A DNA stretch of 64,000 nt from a bacterium (lineage in GTDB: Bacteria > Electryoneota > Electryoneia > Electryoneales > Electryoneaceae): the NCBI GenBank assembly GCA_963669175.1, contig OY769902.1, forward strand, positions 2,528,001 to 2,592,000, given 5' to 3'. Shown piece after piece: positions 57,759 to 64,000 of the stretch. Position 1 is the first letter of the stretch. Each line of letters starts with the position of its first letter. The position numbers and the translations under genes are program-made. Under the pieces are notes generated by a model. That model was not told the origin of the DNA. It saw nothing but the letters and a program-made list of their open reading frames with translations, and made no database searches.

Positions 57759-60089
57759 ATGGTCAAAAGGGCAGCATACACCGGATTGTACATACTCCTT
57801 TTTGCCTGTTTGGCACATGCTGGATTGCGTCACCAGATTAGAGCGATCCAGACTGATGTCATGGCGCTTGCATCAGGTGACCTGGACGGGGATGGTGATA
57901 TTGATTTTGCAGCCGTTTCCAGCCCTGATAATATTGTTGTATGGTGTGAGAACGATGGTTATCAAAGATTTACACGTCACGATCTATCGCCGGATTATAC
58001 TACGCCGCGTGATATCTGTATTGCAGATATGGATGGAGATGGTGATCAAGATATCGTGGCTGCTTTCCACAATGTGTACACCGGGCATTATCTCATATGG
58101 TGGGAGAATGACGGTTTCGGTGACTTTTCCGAGCATCCTATAAGCCATGAAGGTTTCAGAATCAAAAAAATCGTAGCTGGTGACATTGATGACGATGATG
58201 AACTCGAAATCCTGGCAGGAATACCGTACGAAATCGGAATTTTCAATTACACAGATGCCGGGTGGGAGTATGAAGAACTCCTGGATAATGGTGATTACGA
58301 CTTCATAACTATGTCGCTGGATGATGTGGATCTCGATGGTGATCAGGACATCCTGTACAGTCGATACGGGCCTGCAATTGCCTACTTGGAGAATATCGGT
58401 GAAGATGGTTTTGAGACTGTTGGATTGCTGGATTCAATGTATGTTTATGATATTGTCGCCTTGCAGCTCAACGAGACCGTGGAAAGAGAGTTTGTCAATC
58501 TTCAATCCGGTGGCTATCTGAATTTGTATGCGAGAAACGCTTTCAACAGGTTCATGCGAGCCAACCAATATGAGCTTGAGAACTATCCAATACGTATCGA
58601 GGCCGCCGACTATAACCTGGATGGCCTGGATGATATTCTTGTTCAAGAAAACTCTTGTATCTCGTTATGTCTCAGCGATTCGGAGAATGAATATGCGTAC
58701 AACAGCACTGTCATTGAGAATGAACCGGATGGATGTAATGATATCGGCTTTGCAGATGTGGACGGGGATGGTGATCCGGATGTCTATGCCATAGTGGATG
58801 AATACCGGATGGTATGGTATGAGAATCCGGGAGATGCCCCAATACTGGTAAACGCTTTGGTGTATACGTATCCACCTTATGGTGATAATCCCGGAGTCTA
58901 TTTTGTCTGGTATGCACAAGTGGTGAACTGTTCAGACTCTTTCTGGACAGGCAACCTCTTTTTCGCTCCAACCGACAATGGCGAAATCATTGGTGATGTA
59001 AGAGAGGTTGAAGACTTCAACGGAGTTGAAGCCAATGGCAGGGATTCAATATATATTTCATACGGCTTTCCCCGGGAAATACAATCGGGAAGGTATGAAG
59101 TGCGGTTTTGGGCTGAGAATGAGGCAGGGGACACGATTGATGTAGATACATTCCCGGTTCTGATCGGTCCGCTTGCACCACGTCCATTCCAGCTCAGTTT
59201 CCCAATCAACGGATCTTATATTGATGAGACTGTCAACTACCTGTCATGGAACCCTTCCGAAGATGAAGAGCAGGGGGAGGATCTGCGCTATGATGTGTGG
59301 ATGGGACATGAGCCGGATTTGTCAGATGCTGAACGTATAGGCGAGAATCTTGAATCAACCGTTTGTGTCATGCCGGATCTGGAACAGAACAGCAATTACT
59401 TCTGGTCTGTGCATGCTCTTGATACAAATACGGAGGGTACATGGGCTGAGGAGACCTTTTGCTTCACAACTGACCCACCGGACCCGCCCTGGAATTTCAA
59501 CCTGCTGGAACCGGAGAATGGGTATGATATTCGTAGCGAGGCACGTTTGCCGTTGACTTTCAGGTGGAGTGAGGCAGAGGATATTGATCTGCTTGACACA
59601 GTACGCTATGAGATATCCATTGCTGATGATGCCAGTGACACCCTTGTCTATTTCGGCGAAACCCTGGCTGAATCCCTGCTTGTGGACATTTTCGAGCCGG
59701 GCGGTTCCTATCGCTGGTGGGTGACAGCCATTGACCGCTTCGGCTTGACCACCCAATCTCTGGATACTTTCCTGGTAACCTCATCGTTGGGCATTGAGGC
59801 TGCTTCACAAGCCGAGCTGCCGCTGGAGTTTGCCATTTCTCGCGCGTATCCCAATCCGTTTAACCCCACCCTGTCGCTCGAGATTGCCTTACCCGCTCAG
59901 GCTTTCCTGGAAGTGTCCGTGTACAACATACTGGGGGAGGAGGTGACTTCATTGAGCAGTCGGGAGTATGTGGCCGGGTATCACACACTGCAATGGCGAG
60001 CGACCGGCTCTGCCAGCGGTATTTATTTTGTGCGGGCTACCATTTCCGGTGAGAAATCAGCGTTTTGCAAGGTTTTGCTGGTCAAATAG
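57759..60089 (+). CDS. FG-GAP repeat secreted protein, paralog 3
   Basis: Same architecture, YPNPFNP. Confidence 0.88.
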   Translation: MVKRAAYTGLYILLFACLAHAGLRHQIRAIQTDVMALASGDLDGDGDIDFAAVSSPDNIVVWCENDGYQRFTRHDLSPDYTTPRDICIADMDGDGDQDIVAAFHNVYTGHYLIWWENDGFGDFSEHPISHEGFRIKKIVAGDIDDDDELEILAGIPYEIGIFNYTDAGWEYEELLDNGDYDFITMSLDDVDLDGDQDILYSRYGPAIAYLENIGEDGFETVGLLDSMYVYDIVALQLNETVEREFVNLQSGGYLNLYARNAFNRFMRANQYELENYPIRIEAADYNLDGLDDILVQENSCISLCLSDSENEYAYNSTVIENEPDGCNDIGFADVDGDGDPDVYAIVDEYRMVWYENPGDAPILVNALVYTYPPYGDNPGVYFVWYAQVVNCSDSFWTGNLFFAPTDNGEIIGDVREVEDFNGVEANGRDSIYISYGFPREIQSGRYEVRFWAENEAGDTIDVDTFPVLIGPLAPRPFQLSFPINGSYIDETVNYLSWNPSEDEEQGEDLRYDVWMGHEPDLSDAERIGENLESTVCVMPDLEQNSNYFWSVHALDTNTEGTWAEETFCFTTDPPDPPWNFNLLEPENGYDIRSEARLPLTFRWSEAEDIDLLDTVRYEISIADDASDTLVYFGETLAESLLVDIFEPGGSYRWWVTAIDRFGLTTQSLDTFLVTSSLGIEAASQAELPLEFAISRAYPNPFNPTLSLEIALPAQAFLEVSVYNILGEEVTSLSSREYVAGYHTLQWRATGSASGIYFVRATISGEKSAFCKVLLVK

Positions 60090-60259
60090 TGGGATTCGGC
60101 TATCTTCTCCTGGAGACGCGAGATAGCAGAATTCTTTAGAATCTCTCAAAAAAAATAAAAACTCCACCAATGTGCTTGTAAATCGTGAAATCGCCCCGTA
60201 GTATAAAGATAAGGGAGCCTGTTTGTTACTTTGACCTGCCAACAACACGGGGAGGGAAT

Positions 60260-62605
60260 ATGAATCGTCCAGCCACCTTTGTCCTCATGTGTATGTTGTT
60301 CCTTCTTTTCAGCTCAAGTGCATTTGCCGGGGTATTAATGCAGAGCATTTATGCTGAACCGGATATGACTGCACAAATGGTAAAACATGCAGATTTTGAT
60401 CTCGATGGCGATCTCGACCTGGTTGCAGTTGGCAATACCTGGCTGAAGATATTCGAGAACGATGGCTTCCAGCATTTCACTGAACATGCGATCGCGGATC
60501 TGGTTTATGGTCGAGGAGTATACCCGTGCGACTTCGATGAAGACGGCGATATGGACTTTGCCGTGATCCAGTATGGCACGGATTGCGTGTCATGGTATGA
60601 GAATGAATGGGGTTTTTCCTTCACGTCCCATGTTATTGATGCTTCTGACCAGCTCATGTCCGACCTTGTCGTGACAGATCTGGACAGTGATGGCGATCTG
60701 GATATTGTTTCTGTTTCACGTCAAGGTATTCACTGGTACAGCAATAACAATCGCCAGGAATTCACTGGAACGCTGGTCTATCTCAATGAAGCGTATAATG
60801 GGTATGTCGATGCTGCGGATATCAATGCGGACGGGCATATGGATATTCTATACGGCCCGGCGTACAGTACTTTCCGATGGCTGGAAAATGACGGACAGGA
60901 AGAGTTTGAAACCCATGAACTCCCCTACAATTACCATGCTTTGAAAGCGGATATCACATCGGCGGACATGGATAATGATGGCGACCTGGATATCATCGTC
61001 GGCACTGAGAGTTGTGATATTTTTATCTGGTCACAGGACGAAGCAGGCGACTTCTCTTACAACCTTATCGAAACTCAGTACAATCTGATGACCGATATCA
61101 ATGTAGTTGACCTGAACAGCGATGGGCTGATGGATGTTGTGGCTACGGCCGCCGGTAACGAGTATGCGAACCAGGCCTTGGGAATCTGGTACAACCAGGG
61201 CGAGGGAGTGTATAATTTTGAGCATCTCAGCACTTATCCTGAACGGTACAATGATGTTGATGTCGTTGATTTGGACAATGATTCGGATATTGACCTGATC
61301 GGCGCCGGGTTCTACGGTGGCAATACGATTGCATGGTATGAGAATCACCTGTCCGGAATGTGTGTAGTAGGGGTTGAACCGGAAGAAAACCAGGGCTGGT
61401 TCAGCCAGTTCGGCGGATCCCTTGCCTGGAATTTAAGTTGTTTGAACCTGCATGAGGAACCGATTTTTATGGACATCTGGACTGTTCTGACTCGTGCAGA
61501 CGGTACTCAGGATGACCCTGTACTGCTTTATGAAGATCAGGAAATCGCTGTGGGTGAAGTGTTTTCCCAGGAACAGGAATATGTCATTGATGTCCAGCAG
61601 GAGACCGGACAATACATTCTGCATGTTTATGCCGGGCAGTATCCCACTGGTGATTATGATTCAAATGGCTTTACCTATATCGTCGGACCCAATGCGCCCA
61701 CCCCCTTCAGTTTGCTGGGACCGGACTACGGTCTGTTTGCGAACAACATAAACAGCCGGTTGACCTGGGAGCCTTCCCGTGATCTTGACCCGCAGAATGT
61801 AGCACGTTTTGAGTTATGGGTCGGAAATCAACCGGATCTGTCTGATGCAGAACTTATGGCTTCGAATGTTGCGTCCTTTGAATGGCCGGTTCCCTACCTG
61901 GAGATGGACCAGGCCTGGTACTGGACCGTAAAGGCTACCGATGAGAATACGGATGGAACTTGGGCGAATGACACCCTTTGCTTCACCACGGATATCCCCG
62001 ATCCACCGGAAACCTTCAGCGTGATTGAGCCTGCAAACGATATCGAGATTACCTCCAAACTGGACTTCCCGATCAACTTCATCTGGCATCCTACAACGGA
62101 TGAAGACATGTTCGATTCCGTGTGGTATGCCATTGAATTCTGTACAAATCCCTATTTTGATAATGCGAACACCATTGATATGGGACAGGATACAGTCTTT
62201 GTCCTTGATAGTCTTTCTGTGGACATGTGGTTCTGGCGTGTGGTGGCGAGGGACCGGTACGGGTATGAAACCCCCACAGAGAACCGTCGGATGCTGGTAA
62301 CCATGGATGTTGATGATCAGTTGGCGAGTGATATCCCGACTGAGTTCGGCATCACAGCGGCCTATCCAAATCCGTTCAATCCGACTTTATCGGTCGAAAT
62401 TGCGCTGCCGGAAGCCGCAAACCTGCAACTCCGCATGTTTAACGTGTTGGGTGAGGAAGTGGCCGTTCTGAGTGATGCGTGGCGAGCTGCCGGGTATCAC
62501 ACCTTCAGTTGGAATGCTTCCGATCATGCCAGCGGAGTGTACTTCCTGCGTGCCGATATGCCCGGGCATTCACAGCTTATCCGGAAGGTGATGCTGCTGA
62601 AATGA
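60260..62605 (+). CDS. FG-GAP repeat secreted protein, paralog 4
   Basis: Same architecture, YPNPFNP. GGAGG RBS. Confidence 0.88.
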   Translation: MNRPATFVLMCMLFLLFSSSAFAGVLMQSIYAEPDMTAQMVKHADFDLDGDLDLVAVGNTWLKIFENDGFQHFTEHAIADLVYGRGVYPCDFDEDGDMDFAVIQYGTDCVSWYENEWGFSFTSHVIDASDQLMSDLVVTDLDSDGDLDIVSVSRQGIHWYSNNNRQEFTGTLVYLNEAYNGYVDAADINADGHMDILYGPAYSTFRWLENDGQEEFETHELPYNYHALKADITSADMDNDGDLDIIVGTESCDIFIWSQDEAGDFSYNLIETQYNLMTDINVVDLNSDGLMDVVATAAGNEYANQALGIWYNQGEGVYNFEHLSTYPERYNDVDVVDLDNDSDIDLIGAGFYGGNTIAWYENHLSGMCVVGVEPEENQGWFSQFGGSLAWNLSCLNLHEEPIFMDIWTVLTRADGTQDDPVLLYEDQEIAVGEVFSQEQEYVIDVQQETGQYILHVYAGQYPTGDYDSNGFTYIVGPNAPTPFSLLGPDYGLFANNINSRLTWEPSRDLDPQNVARFELWVGNQPDLSDAELMASNVASFEWPVPYLEMDQAWYWTVKATDENTDGTWANDTLCFTTDIPDPPETFSVIEPANDIEITSKLDFPINFIWHPTTDEDMFDSVWYAIEFCTNPYFDNANTIDMGQDTVFVLDSLSVDMWFWRVVARDRYGYETPTENRRMLVTMDVDDQLASDIPTEFGITAAYPNPFNPTLSVEIALPEAANLQLRMFNVLGEEVAVLSDAWRAAGYHTFSWNASDHASGVYFLRADMPGHSQLIRKVMLLK

Positions 62606-62917
62606 TTTTACGATCAGATGATGCATGACTTCCCGGTTCAGGCCGGGGAGTTGTTCGATAGCTGTTTACGTGAACTATAATAAGTCTCTAAAGAAATGCC
62701 GCATGTTGTCATCCCAGCGCAGAGCCTGTCCCCGAAAGGTGTAGTCGGGGACGGGGATCTACTCTGTAGGCCGCTCAATCCAATGACTGTAAAGAAAACT
62801 AGGGACACCCGTCTGAGATGAAGTTGATGATGTCGCCGCATTTGATCTGCAAACAAGGCTTTCACACTCGTCAGAAGTTGATGGCAAAGTCGGGATTGTA
62901 ACAGGTGTTACGTGCTT

Positions 62918-63160
62918 GGGTGGCCCGATCCGCAAGTGATGCAGCTTCCCTTATCGTTACAGCTCAAATACACTCGTTCCATTTTGCATTCAGATCAAGT
63001 CCAAAGAGCGCATCGGGACAAGGCCGGGTGTTCAAGGAGTTGATAGTACGATCCATCTCTGTCCCGATGCGCTCATGAGTTTATCCTGTTTTCCTGTTTC
63101 CTCAGAGTATTTCAGGGACAGTTATGAGGGAAACAGTGTCACTTGTGGATCGGGCCACCC
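62918..63160. repeat. Nested inverted-repeat element
   Basis: Outer GGGTGGCCCGATCCGCAAGTGA / TCACTTGTGGATCGGGCCACCC; inner GAGCGCATCGGGACA / TGTCCCGATGCGCTC. Confidence 0.75.
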
Positions 63161-63192
63161 GTCTTAGGTAAATAGACAGGCATATGTTTACA

Positions 63193-63442
63193 GAAAATGG
63201 GGACTGTTACACTTTTTCGCCAGCGAGCATGATAAGAATTATTGATAATCTTTGATATATATGCTTGAATGATCGTTTATCAGAAAAATATATTGCGAAA
63301 AAGGTAACTGTACCAACATTTTTACATAAAAGCTGATCTAGTTGGAGCAAACGAAAAATTCGGTACAGTTGCCTTTTCATCAAGACTGAATTGGGACTGT
63401 CCTGCATTTGAAAACATGAAAAGGTAACAGTCCCATTTTTCG
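63193..63442 (-). repeat. ~250-bp REPIN-like element, right (inverted) copy
   Basis: Reverse complement begins CGAAAAATGGGACTGTTACCTTTTCATG, identical to 52302 onward. Confidence 0.8.
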
Positions 63443-63460
63443 ACTCGTACATGTGCATCC

Positions 63461-63660
63461 GAAAACTAGAAAACTGGCAGAAAACTGAAAACTGGGTGAA
63501 ACTGGGGCCACCCGCCTAGAAAACTAGAGAAAACTAGAGGAAAACTAGGGACAGACAGAGGAAAACTAGGGAAAACTAGGGACAGACGGTAGTTTTGAAA
63601 ACTAGGGACAGACAAAAACTAGGGACAGACGACAAAAACTAGGGACAGACGGTAGTTTTA
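63461..63660 (+). repeat. Irregular tandem array of AAAACTAG(GGACAGAC) units
   Basis: Five AAAACTAGGGACAGAC copies plus many truncated AAAACT(A/G)G units. Confidence 0.85.
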
Positions 63661-63837
63661 AAGGCGAATAGGGCCATCCGCCCCAGGGCTCGCTTATCGT
63701 ACTCCTTCGAGGTACTTCTGCAATCATTGAATTTCTAAGGAGTGCCTGACTAATCCGCGCAGAATTCCGGTTCTCGTTGCAAGGGTGATGCTGCAAACCT
63801 ATATTAGCTCCTTAGCGAATGGGGTGTATGAGGGATT

Positions 63838-64000
63838 ATGGCGATTGGGGTAAAGAACATCGCGCGGGAGTGGAAGGCGGAAGCCGGGTACTTGTACAAT
63901 GCTCTGGTTGACGCGCACCTGTTTCGTATCCTGGGCATCATTTTTGTCCTGACTCTCCTCGCAGGTTTTGTCGCCTGGATGGTTGAACCCAGCACCTTTG
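63838..64000 (+). CDS. Membrane protein, possibly a potassium/ion channel (3' truncated)
   Basis: Open from ATG 63838 to the window end. TM helix followed by WMVEPSTF, resembling the first helix of 2TM K+ channels; pore motif not visible. Confidence 0.5.
   Translation, partial: MAIGVKNIAREWKAEAGYLYNALVDAHLFRILGIIFVLTLLAGFVAWMVEPSTF

Noticed and set aside
52873-62605. Diversity-generating retroelement acting on the paralogs (also the lipoprotein pair)
   Set aside because: No reverse transcriptase, and no near-identical template/variable pair differing only at adenines was seen.
63461-63660. CRISPR array (also considered for 18462-18529)
   Set aside because: No unique spacers of regular length.

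Overview
Bacterial chromosomal window. Eight genes end in xPNPFN C-terminal sorting domains, which suggests an FCB-group lineage (inference). Bases 1-8981 hold the distal dcw cluster (murD, ftsW, murC, murB, ftsQ, ftsA, ftsZ) with no murG or ddl. FtsZ carries a ~280-aa acidic N-terminal extension and a possible internal start. The rest mixes housekeeping genes (carboxyltransferase, hemB, hemL, pepF), signalling modules (ECF sigma/anti-sigma, binding protein plus PP2C phosphatase, TetR, lone receiver) and many secreted acidic repeat proteins. These include a four-gene FG-GAP paralog array bracketed by inverted ~245-bp elements and an Ig-stalk protein tipped by an apparently inactive GH16 domain. 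Intergenic DNA is rich in several families of structured, often nested palindromic repeats, one with stem covariation. I found no transposase, integrase, reverse transcriptase, Cas gene, rRNA or tRNA. All calls come from reading the sequence by eye; no database searches were run.
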